Notes under the pieces: generated by a model
Seen by the model: only the letters and a program-made list of their open reading frames with translations
Database searches by the model: none
What the model was told of the DNA's origin: nothing
Made by a program: the position numbers and the translations under genes
Part shown: piece after piece, positions 39,301 through 50,457 of the stretch
Numbering within the stretch: the first letter of the stretch is position 1
Layout: every line of letters begins with the position of its first letter
Source: Tubulanus polymorphus
Taxonomy: Eukaryota; Animalia; Nemertea
Direction: 5' to 3'
Assembly: GCF_964204645.1 (NCBI RefSeq)
Contig: NC_134026.1
Coordinates: 7,587,950 to 7,651,949 of the forward strand
DNA length: 64,000 nucleotides

Positions 39301-42300
39301 TTTCCATGGTATATGGAGGAAAACTATTACACATGTATATACAAATATTTACAAAACAACACTGAAGTGATTAAAATTTAGAGAATGAAAACGTAACAAA
39401 ATATTTACAATACTATATATACTATTATGTACATCAACTATTGCATTATATCTATTACCACCTAGCGTTAGATATACGAACTACTTACGTTCCTATAACA
39501 GAACAGTAGGACGCATCAGTTACTACAGTCGCTTTACTATAGGTTTTCTGGACGCCGTCACATTTTGTTGGATCACGGGGAGGACCAAACGGAAGGGGAG
39601 GTTTCGGCGCAAGGCTGAACAGTAGTCCGGTGATTATAGCGACACCTATACAGAACACGATGAACACTCCCGCTAGTTTCTTACACGAGCATCTAAAACA
39701 GAAACACAATCACTAACAACATGAAATTAAAATCAGTTTGACTGTACGTTAGTTAGCATTCATGATTATTGATTTCATAACAGCAGTCAGTAAAGCACCT
39801 GCAAACACCTGGCTGGTTATAAATACAGCCGCGGTAACGAGTGCACATACTTCATTGAAAAAAGTAAATACGTAGCACGAGGAAACGGGGAGCGTGGAGC
39901 GGGAGCAATCCCAGAACAGCTCCCGCGTTCTTGAGTAAACATGGTTGTGAGTGTTACTTTGAAGCATTGTTTAAAACACCAGGATCAGTTCTATACAAAT
40001 TATGATAATTTATTCTTATAAACATAGCGTATAATATTTACATACAATTAACAATTCAATAATACAGACCTATATACGTATTGGGTATTGATTGAATAAT
40101 AGTAATGAGTGAGCATATCGAGGTTGACAAATATTGTTGTTCACGAGGTTCTTTCCGTGAGATGAGATCTAATAAGGTAAAATAAGCTCTAATGCAAATG
40201 TAAATGCATTAGGGATCATTTATTTCTTACGTACGCATAAAATTTGAATTTTTCAACCCCCCTCCCCCTCTGTACGTAGAATGGGCCAATATTTCGTATA
40301 CATTAAGCATTGCAGTACGCAATTGCACTGACCCCTCCCCTTCCCCTAATGTAATAAATGAATGATCCCTTAGCATTAAAATATACGGAGCCAAGCGAGT
40401 TGTAGCAACAACTTATGGAAGCAATAGCTGCTTGTCCTATCAATTCTAGAACTCCACCGTCATTCCCCGCCGGGTGGCAAACGCTTGAGCCAAAGTGCTC
40501 CATGACGGATGATACTCGACCCCAGCGTTGCTAGTGGCTATCGAGTTACAGCACCTCCTTGTGGTTAATAGAGATGGCACATACCGTGTGTTTAAACATT
40601 GCTCATCCCGGAGTTGGAGTTGCTTCGCTGTAAAAAACGACCACAGACGACATTTACATATATCACGTTTTATCCAACAACAAGTCCGCCTTACAATCCG
40701 TGCAATCTGATATCCCGTATTAGATACACATCTTAATCCTAATTCGGGTATCCGTATTATAGTGTCACCATTCATTGATGTTTGATGGTATTCAAAATCT
40801 ACTTGTACAGCTTTATCCATAGTAAATCCCTTTCATTCACTGAACCAAACTCTATCCTGAGCAGCTTAACCGGTATAATATACACATAATTACAGCAGTT
40901 TTAAATCTTTTTTTTCAATATGCATTCATTTCTAATCACTGGTATCTAGGCCTAATGTCGTATTAATTCTGTGTCCCTATAAATCACACATGTGACGTGC
41001 ATTCCCCTGTAGTGAATACATATCCGGGCACCAGCTGGATATCTCGATCGATTTGTTAATCGATTTTCAACCAACTAGAATTATTTCTCTATCCTAGACA
41101 AAAGATCTGGGGCGGCAGTTGCTCAAAAGTTGGCACGAGTTACCTGATAGTCAAATACCATCCATGATTGAAATGTCACATCACTGTTATTTCTATTCAC
41201 TACTTAATTCCTAACTAACTTTTGAGCGACCGCCCCCTCTCCGATAAAAAAGATTCAATGGGATTTAGTTAAAACTACTCTTATCTTGGTGTCCTACCCT
41301 TGGATCAAACATCAGTGACAGCAGTGGTCCTTAGCACGCACAGGCCACGAAGACTGATCAGAATCTATTAAATATGTGTCATTTTCCAAATGCCTTTTAA
41401 AAGGTTCAGAACTAAAACTATGGATCCAGTTTTCAATTTATAGTTGCAGGAAGACAAACTCCTGAATTAGGGTTCGTTTTACTTATTTGAAGCGTTCCAT
41501 AATCATTGATTTCATTCTTACCATTTTGTTCGTAGTCATAGTTTATGAGAGGCTGACATGAATCGTCCATAACAAGAAACTCCATCAGCCTTATACCTAT
41601 CACCCGACAATCTAATAATCCCCAATTATTGATTATCGATTGCTACCTAATTTATATCCAGCTAATCTTTCGTTTCAAACGGATAAAATGTCCGGTATCA
41701 TTTTCATATCACAGAACAAACTACAAATTACACGGCAAAAGGGTTCGATTATCGAGGTCAATGAGACGTGCCTCAAAACGTAGCTATATCCATACTGTCA
41801 CTGACAAAATACACAACCCCGAAAATATTCTACACAGCAAAATAGTGAAAATAGAAACAAATCAGGTTTGACTTGTTAGAATCCGTAAAATTTCCCTAGG
41901 CGTACTAACGACCAGATATGACCCAAAAACAAGTTCAATTACGCACTTTAAGAATTAATCGCAACTTGAGTTGAGTTGAAATCAAGGCCCAGTCTGAAAG
42001 CATCTTTATCCTAAGTCATCATTAGGAATTCAGCTGTCCTGGGAGATGACTATAGTGGGATAAAGTCGGAACGTTGAATTAACAACTAGCTCAATAATAT
42101 TTCGTTCTTCACCATGCAGGGATTTTATATTAACTTTACGACATGTTTATTAACCGGTTGAGGTTGAAGTGCACTTAAGTGTTTCATCAACGGTTTCAGT
42201 TTAAAAAAAATACTTCTGAGATTGAAAAAATGTTTTGTTCACACATACCGACTTTGCTTTATATCAACGAATTGTTCTTGTACAATTATACAACTGAGTT

Positions 42301-43756
42301 CATCCTCCTGTTTATTGGCGCGTCTTCTAATCCTACCGAGAACCATCACGACTTATTCCACCACTTCAATGACAGCGAACTAAACTAAAAATCCTATCAG
42401 CGCGCGGTCAAGGGGGGGAGAGGAAGAGGAACCTGCATGAACCAATCAATCGCATCTGTTACTTTAATGTCAATTCTAATATTCCACGTAACATCAGGTG
42501 ATTATATCTGATTGGACACGTCCTAATTTACCCGCGCGTGCACGTTATTCCCCCATCCCGATCAGGGTTCTGTCTACCTGTATAGAATGTGATGTTTAAA
42601 CCGCCTCGAAACAACCGCTATTCTCAACAGTCTATCTATATATGACTTCCTCTTGAGGTGGTCACCTTGAATGATGACATCAATTACTTTTTTACAGTTT
42701 CACTACCTAAATCCTTCGACCCAGTTTCACAGATGCCGGTTTAGTTTGACTCTATAGTTAAATCAGTTCATTTCCCGCGTTTTTAATTTCTTAAGTCAAA
42801 TTCTAATTGTGGAACTGGACCAACATCAAAAGACAACTGATTCTGCATATATGTGATGGACCATCGCATATATGCAATATCAGTTAACCTAATACAAGGT
42901 TAACCTAAACTAACTGGACCTTGCGCGGATAAACCAATGAAAAAGCTCTTGCGAACTCAATAGTGACACCAGCGTCTAAACCCTGTGCATACCCTCACGG
43001 TAAGGTTTAAATCGTCACAACCAGATATTAATAAAATGTATAATTTAGAAGCAGCGCGCACCTGTATAAATAAATACACACCGCTTGCAAATATCTATAG
43101 AGCTGTAGTAAATATAGTGGCTGATAAATATGAATTCGCGTCAGACTGTAACATTGACACTGAACAACCACAAATACGTTTTCTGATTAAAAAACACCTG
43201 ACGATGATCTCTATGATTCCAATACATCGCTTTTAGATTTGTACGTATGAAGTGGCTTTAAAATTCATTATCCATCCTCGACTCTTGAGTGGGCGGTAAT
43301 TCCGCTATGGATTTGTATAATTCTTTTCAAACTAAGACTTAGTGGAAATTACCAGTGGCCAGTTGCACAGTCGTAACTTAAGTCCAAAAGTGGTTTTAAA
43401 TGTTAAGGCTGGTCTTAAATTGTTAGATTGGCTATAGAACAAAGTTGGTCTTAGACTGGTCTTAAGCCTAAGCCATGTCTATGCAACCGTCCCCAGGAGA
43501 ATAGTCACGTGACTAGCGGGGTACTGTTCTCCATACGTAAGTGTATTCATTGTGTTCAACTTTCGTCACATTTCTAACAAAACCAATCCATATTTTCGTC
43601 ATTTTACCTTCTGCCTTCTCTTTTTACGAATAGTGATTCAAACTCCTCGTTTGTAGTGTCATTAACCTTCCCAGTTTCTTCTTCGTCATCGTTTCCAGTG
43701 TCATCTTCACTGTCGATGAGGAAATCGTAAGAGTTTGATTGACGTGTTATTTTCAT
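33393..43756 (-). CDS. GGT1: Gamma-glutamyltransferase / glutathione hydrolase 1-like, paralog B (11 core coding exons plus alternative first exons)
   Basis: Exons 39692-39489, 38940-38818, 38643-38546, 38430-38238, 38156-37993, 37821-37672, 37455-37322, 35422-35235, 34932-34692, 34288-34175, 33542-33393; candidate first exons 43756-43608 or 40820-40585. Motifs [62 protein letters not shown]. Several exon sizes (193, 164, 188, 114) equal those of paralog A. Confidence 0.9.
33675..34012 (-). pseudogene. GPCR TM1-TM2 fragment plus partial upstream module in the last GGT-B intron
   Basis: Minus strand matches AATTCAGCTACTTTCCTCATAATGATAAGTCGCAGATTCCGTAGTTTATCTTAAGCT... and the module motif ccaacctattcagatgtttc. 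Confidence 0.75.
35867..37146 (-). mobile_element. Non-autonomous Helentron-associated (HINE/DINE-1-like) element with an internal 154-bp tandem array
   Basis: Subterminal inverted repeat gcccacttggg (~35890) / cccaagtgggc (~37134); (GACG)n-like microsatellite near 37064-37100; A-run flanks. ttcaacgccccctgg recurs at 35940, 36094, 36248 and 36404. Confidence 0.7.
40212..40369. mobile_element. PIF/Harbinger-like MITE
   Basis: TIRs GGGATCATTTATTT / AAATGAATGATCCC flanked by TTA on both sides. Confidence 0.7.
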
Positions 43757-45014
43757 ATCGTTTACGTAAAAACACGTTATATAACTAAATAATCTGTAAC
43801 ACGTGTGTTGTAAAGTCTAATCGTCTACAAAATGGATATGTTACGATACAACGAATACATATTGTCAGTGCCGTCTCTTCCTAATTCATCGAGGGCTTAA
43901 ATCCTAAAGACCACAGAAATGTTTATTAATGTTACGTCCTTATTGTAGAAACTCCAAAGCTCGTTCCTTACATAGTTTCTGATCAGCATAGGCCTAACCA
44001 TATAGGTAACAACATCCTTGCCTAACCATATAGGTAACAACATCCTTGAGTATGTGTTGTAAAGATAACCTAAATCCTTGCAAAATAAACACAAAAAGAT
44101 TCGTAAATGTTCCCTTGCGCTAGAATTTCATCCTGATATCATAATAGTTTCCTGATATGGTCATCGTCTTCGGAGTTCGTGTTAGTACATCATCTTTAGG
44201 AATACCGAATCACTGTCTCAGATAAGAGTATTGTGTTGACCGATGAAGTCTTCTTCTCTGCGATACAGAATTGTATTAATATAGGCATTTTTCGATGTAG
44301 AGACACGTGTATGTCTGTGCGCGGGTGATCTTCACTCATTGTCTATACTATACCAGTTTAACAGCTGCGTTCAAAGTCGATTACCAACGTACCTGCATTA
44401 TTTCAAATAAATCGAAAATAACGACTGCAGACAATTGTTCAACCATTTATATTTGCGCGTTTAGAAAGACAGTTATTCTACCCAGAAAACCGGGCTCCAC
44501 TGGGCCAAAAAATTGCCAAAAACTATAACCTGAACTAATCCTAGTGCTAGCTAGGGCGTACGTACGTATACCCGAGGCTAAAACGAACCTCAAGCGTCCA
44601 GGATGTCAGCTGAGCATGGTTACCACTAGACATGAACGGTAGTAAGTAAAGATGGCTCAACTCCAGATCAGGTAAAAGTAGATCTGCGGGTTGGTTCCAA
44701 CATTTTCACTGAGAAAAGTATTAATACGCGCAGATCGATAGAAAGAGGCACGTAAAGTAATTTTCAGAAGTCGACAATCGGCAATCGGCACGATGGAACT
44801 ATTTTGAACTATTTTGATCATTCGAACGTAGGTGTGGCGATGATTCACTTAAATAATGCCCACTATCATTCTCTAATTACTGGGGTTTCTAATCACATTA
44901 GCAAAGATTTCCGTGGGCTGTTCTTGTTCCCATATAAAGGTTATTTTCCACCAGAAATTTCACAGTTTAGGGAAAAAACGAGAACGTAGATTCGAAAAGG
45001 GTTGACGTTTAAGT

Positions 45015-45100
45015 CAATCAAACTTGAAATCTTCATGCAGAAATATTCACGAGTTTCTCGTCCCATTAATAGATATATGTAGACATTCACCACATAGTTT
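45015..45100 (-). pseudogene. GPCR C-terminal (TM7/helix 8) fragment
   Basis: Minus strand AACTATGTGGTGAATGTCTACATATATCTATTAATGGGACGAGAAACTCGTGAATATTTCTGCATGAAG matches [23 protein letters not shown]. Confidence 0.75.
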
Positions 45101-45469
45101 AAGGTATTTCAATGAATTCTTGTGCTTAACGAATTGATATTTAATTCAGTTGCATTTTCGTTCTACACAATTAATATTCACGAATCTGAGAAAATTGTAT
45201 TAGATTTCTGAGAATTGATTTTCTCTCGCTGTTAACAATAAATCTTACAAATGAATTGTAGTTGTAATAAAGACTTATTATATAATACTTAATTGTTAAC
45301 TGTATTAAAGTTGAATAAATTTTCCAATACGCGAGACGACATGGTCAGTTCCGGAATTTTCTCAAACAGTCAGTATACTCTCAGATAGTCAGTACACTCT
45401 CAGACAGTCAGTACACCCTCAGACTATCAGTACACTCTCAGACAGTCACTACACTCTCATTCGATTTTG

Positions 45470-47128
45470 ATGAATTCTACTCGGATTCAAAATGGTCGAG
45501 CTTATCTTAGTAACATGATTATCATGTCTCTGGAGAACAGAACTGCAATCTACCTGTGACTTTGTCACTGGTCATTCTGCCTCTTTGGTTCTTTTTAGGA
45601 GCCTTCGAAAATTCAGCTACTTTCTTGATAATGATAAGTCGCAGATTCCGGAGTTTATCTTAGGCTATAAACAATCTTATCATTTTGTCTCTCATTGATT
45701 TTACGTTCTGCACCAGTTTTCCACGTTAAAGATGGTCCCATATTCATCATGAATTCACTTATCAGTTGGCAAATCTATGAATTAGTAATGGCGCTTGTAA
45801 ACTGTAATATATCGTAGTTAATAGTAGCAATATCTCTAGAACGTGCGGCAGTTGTGCTCTTCCCGTTCACATATCGTTTGATATGTACACCGAGAGTTGC
45901 TAGATTTGCCATATTGATAATAAATAGTGACTGCACTGGTTCTATATCTCACACCTACTTTGTCGGTACATTTTGCTGACCAGTTTTATGGATGTTTTAT
46001 CTGTTGATTGATCTCAAGTACATTTCTGGTTCTCACTCTTCTTCCAACTGTGTCTTTACATTTTTCCAATCAGTTTTTGATTGACCAAGTAACATTTTTT
46101 ACAATAATGGCTGTCTACCGTTAAATTCCATCGTAACATCAAATTCTGTTATAACAATTCAATTATTCAGGGGTTCAAAAATGTTCGGTTCAAGTCCATT
46201 ATAGCGTGGAATAGTTGACGAACCGACAAACCGACATACCGACAAACCGACGAACGGACAAACCGACATACCGCTAAACCGACAAACTCGTATTCCCTCG
46301 ATCCAGCCACGGGTAATCCACGGAAAAACCCTGTCCGTCGATCACAGCCACATAAGGGTAATCCACGCACCACACAGCCCCTCGATCCCAGCCACATTAT
46401 ATAAGGGTAATCCACGCAACCACTCAGCCCCTCGATATATAGCCACTTTATATGAGGGAAATCGGCGGGTAATCCACGCATATACCCAGCCCCTCGATCC
46501 TAGCCACTTTATATGAGGGTAATCGGCGGTAATCCAGGTACATACCCAGCCCCTCGATCCCAGCCACTTTATATAAGGGTAATCACGGACACACACAGCA
46601 CCTCGATCCCAGCCACTTTGTATAAGGGTAATCCACGCATACACGCAGCCCCTCGATCCCAGCCACTTTATATAAGGGTAATCCACGCACGGATTTATCT
46701 TTTTGTCGGTTCGTTGGTTTGTCGGTTCGTCGGTTTGTCGGTATGTCGGTTCGTCGGTTTGTCGGTATGTCGGTTTGTCGGTTTGTCGGTTCGTCGGTTT
46801 GTCGGTTCGTCGGTATGTCGGTATGTTCGCACGTCCCTATGGCGTAATGTCGTAAGATTCAATCACTCCAATATTGGCGGATTAATTCCAAATACCAGTC
46901 CAATGTGATAAGTCTCTGCTGGAACTATTTAATGCTATAGTGGACTTGAGCCAAATGTTTTCGTCTGATCAGAAAACTACAAAATCGAAACGTACAACAA
47001 TAATGCTTGTAACAGTTTCACTCGCATTTGCAATATTTACACTTCCATCCACTATTACCGCAATATCACCGATGCCTGAACTGCTCAATAATTTCCTTTT
47101 GGACATTTTTCGCAATTCCAAGTTTTAA
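45470..47128 (+). pseudogene. GPCR pseudogene with frameshifts, stops and a transposon insertion
   Basis: Starts ATGAATTCTACTCGG; family blocks are recognisable; TAG at 45815; interrupted at 46187-46952; resumes [20 protein letters not shown]. Confidence 0.88.
46187..46952. mobile_element. Non-autonomous TIR element (GG..CC ends, ~8-bp TSD; Merlin-like) with inner inverted 8-mer arrays and a central minisatellite
   Basis: TIRs GGTTCAAGTCCATTATAGC / GCTATAGTGGACTTGAGCC; flanks aaatgttc / aaatgttt. (accgacaa)n-like array at ~46220-46286 and its complement at ~46703-46825; ~50-60 bp repeats at ~46295-46690. Confidence 0.75.
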
Positions 47129-48548
47129 AGTGAAAATCAACTAACAAACCTTTTAGTGGGTCGATACTCAGGATGATCTTCATACAAAATAGCAACATTT
47201 GATTCGTTTTTCTCTTCTGTCATCATAGTTCTAAATATCCCTTCGGAATAATAATATCCGTTCCTTATTCAAAACACAACCACAACAACAAACTATGCTC
47301 ATACATATCTTATTAGACCATTGTCTCAAATGAGCACGTCGTATGTATACATCTAAATATAGATTTAGTTCAATTTACTGATTACGAATAATCACATGAA
47401 ATTATTGGCAAAAATAAATCATCGAGTTTGATCGACCTTAATCTAAAAAGTCAAGATTCAAAGCAAATAACACAATGGATCAATATTGTTCCGCGCTTGA
47501 ATCGTTACTCGCATTTGTATATCAGGTTGCATAGATTTATTTTGAATTTAATCTGTGTTAAATAGTGTGCAATCGGGACAATTTATAACGACAAAAATTG
47601 TTACTATAAACCATGTAGATTCGGTTGTACGGATCGAGAATCTGGTTTATATAAAAAATGTCACTTTAAACCAGATGGAAGTGTACGGATCAGGAATCTG
47701 GGTTATAGCGTCACAAATTGTCGCAGTATAAACCTGTGTGTTTACGTGGTTGCAAATTGAACTGGCTTTATGTAAAAAGTCTGTAAAGGCAATGACGCTA
47801 TTCATGACACTATTATCACGGATTCTATTGTGACCTTTGTTTTCCGTGTATAGAACTGATAGATACTTTACAACCTGTTCAAATGTTTTACTAAAACATA
47901 TTCAATATTTGAAAATGAATTCTTGTACAAAAAATTGACATTTCATTTATTGAAATTTATATTTTACACAATAATTAACTTTCACAAAATATGAGTAAAT
48001 TGTGTTAGATTTCTGAGAATTGATTTTCTATTCGTTCTTAACAATAAATCTTAGCTGGCAGAGAGAGTTACAGAGATTCGCCTCTTTCAAAATAAAGACA
48101 GGCTTTGGTGATTAACTCCAAATCTTAAGCTGTTATATTTTCACCGGAATCTTGCAACTCCTATATAATGTACGGAATTAATTTACAGTTTTCCTTGCTT
48201 CAACTCATATGTTTAGTTTACGATCTATTTGTACATTGTATCATGTAAAAACACTTATATGTTTTGATTATTCTTTTAATAGCTTTAATTAATCAATAAT
48301 CTTTACAGCACGGACTCAGAATGGTCCCGAAATTACTAAGATGACTATTAGGCTGCGATTTAAGTTTTTCACGGAATTCAATTTTTAAGCATACTGCACT
48401 ATGATTGAACCGGTTTCAAATGCACATATCATTTGCATTATAAGAATTGCCATTTTTAGGTCACAGAGTAGGTATATACGTTTATTGTATATCAACCGGT
48501 ACTCATACAGAATGTTTTAATCAAATCATACAGTACACAGTCGTCAGT

Positions 48549-49565
48549 ATGGATGATGAAAAGTACAGTAACGCGTTCAATGCTTTCAATGCTATGGTCG
48601 GTGACAAAACTAATTTGATTTTGGCTGAAGCGTTCCGTCGCTGTTACAAAGAATGCCGTGCCGCAGAAGACTCCCGTGGATTGAGAATACTGGCAATAGG
48701 TCCCGCTCGTGGACATCTGATTGAAGACGCACTGTTTACAGCCCAGAGTGATATTAGAATTGATCAGTTAGATTGTGTAGAACCAAACACTCATATGTTG
48801 ATTGAACTGAAAGAACGGATGGGTTTACTGGCCAGTAAGTTTGACTTCTCTTTCACCATACACAACCGACACTTCAACTCAGAAGAAAGTCGATCATTTC
48901 TGCCGAATAATTTCTACGATTTGTTATTATTTTCACATGTTCTCTACTATTTTGATGATCCTGGATTCGTTTTGGAAACTGCCTTGTACCAACTGGCACA
49001 TTGCGACGGAATGGCTTTCATCGCTTACGATAATAATTCTCAAGCAATGGTTCTAATACGGGATGAAGTAGCGAATATTTTGTCTAAATCCAGTGTCTTG
49101 TGTGACGATGAATCAAGACCGCAGTCGATATCGTGCACATCACCGCTCACGGCACCGAACACGGCACCGGACACGTCACCGGACACGACAACGGACACAT
49201 CGAACACAACACCGGTCATGGCACACGAGACGTCACCGCACACAAAAATTGTCCAATATGACATCTGTGGTATTATCAAGAAGACAAAAACACGTATTAT
49301 ATGTCATGAGTCCTCGAGAACGGGTACAGCCATTCAATTAGCCCTGAAACCAGTCCGCCCGTGTATTAGTGAATTCGATAAATTCATCCGGAAGATGTCG
49401 GACGATATGCTGTCGTTTGTAGCGCAAACTGACATCACTGAATTAGCAGATGATACCCGGGAGTATATACAGAACATCGTGCGTAAATATACAGTTGAAC
49501 ATCAGGGAATTAATGTGCTCGGTGAATCAACAGAAACATTCCTCATAGCTAGAATCAAGACCTAG
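48549..49565 (+). CDS. Intronless class I SAM-dependent methyltransferase, histamine N-methyltransferase-like (copy 1)
   Basis: LRILAIGPARG (motif I region), DCVEPN (motif II) and YDLLLFSHVLYYFDD resemble the HNMT ILSIGGGAG / VEPS / IQMLYYVKD motifs. First ATG is at 48549. Confidence 0.8.
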   Translation: MDDEKYSNAFNAFNAMVGDKTNLILAEAFRRCYKECRAAEDSRGLRILAIGPARGHLIEDALFTAQSDIRIDQLDCVEPNTHMLIELKERMGLLASKFDFSFTIHNRHFNSEESRSFLPNNFYDLLLFSHVLYYFDDPGFVLETALYQLAHCDGMAFIAYDNNSQAMVLIRDEVANILSKSSVLCDDESRPQSISCTSPLTAPNTAPDTSPDTTTDTSNTTPVMAHETSPHTKIVQYDICGIIKKTKTRIICHESSRTGTAIQLALKPVRPCISEFDKFIRKMSDDMLSFVAQTDITELADDTREYIQNIVRKYTVEHQGINVLGESTETFLIARIKT

Positions 49566-50102
49566 TGTGAGGACTTGGCAGTGTTGCTGTGGCGAGCGAA
49601 GATCAACTCAGGAATTCCCCATCCGCAGTCCAGATAAGGACCCGTCACCGTGGCAGTGGCAGCAACAAAATGTACTTGAGATATTGCTGTCAAACGCAGT
49701 CTCAAATGTTTTGTGACTTTCTCAAAATGTATCAAAAATTTAAGTAATTTTTAGTTCATAAGTCTTCAAATATTCAAAAATGAACAGTTAAAAATTGTTG
49801 AAACATGTCGACTCAGCCGTAAAATCAACCCATTCACAGTCCCGAATGTGGGATCATGTCGGGCTTTAGAGAACATAATGCCCCCGAGGTCTTCACATTT
49901 ACAGATAAGATTATGTAAGCGTGTCGCGCGTTACACCGGATAGGCACACAATAGAAATATGAGCCGCACGTTCATTTGATCATCACCAATTAAGAGGACC
50001 GCTATTGTGAAAATTGACTGCGGGAGGAATATTCCTCCCAAGGTCAAACGAAGAGAATTTGACCTTCAGTTCTGATATTCAAAGTATCGACTTCGGAATA
50101 TA

Positions 50103-50163
50103 TGTATTTGTGATCGACAGTACAACCATTGACTCAATGGTTGTACTGTCGATCACAAATACA
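50103..50163. repeat. Perfect palindrome, 30-bp arms with a 1-nt spacer
   Basis: tgtatttgtgatcgacagtacaaccattga-c-tcaatggttgtactgtcgatcacaaataca. Confidence 0.95.
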
Positions 50164-50457
50164 GCAGTATAGTCAGTCAGTCAGTATTGATTAGGTTTTA
50201 TTTCTACACCGATGACCCACATTTAGCAGCAGAAATTGGAAAAATACATACAATATACTTTAGCTTTTACTATGCTTTTGCTACGTTTTACACGCTGTAT
50301 TGTTGATATAAGTTAAAAATACATAAAATGCAATTTGAAAGCTGCCACGCGGTACTACATATTGTATACATAGTCAACTGCACAACCGGTAAACAGTCTA
50401 CCACCACAAGACTAATTCTATCTGCGTACTTTTCCAAGTGGATGCATAATAGTGGAA

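Noticed and set aside
41290-41570. Further candidate first exons of GGT-B
   Set aside because: Segment 41570-41522 ends in phase 1 and the next exon-like segment has stops in all frames; at most these are UTR exons.
46167-46908. ORFs of 104-131 aa
   Set aside because: They are translations of the transposon's tandem repeats.
48447-48548. N-terminal extension of methyltransferase 1 in the ORF track
   Set aside because: It begins at TTG; the ATG at 48549 aligns with the start of copy 2.
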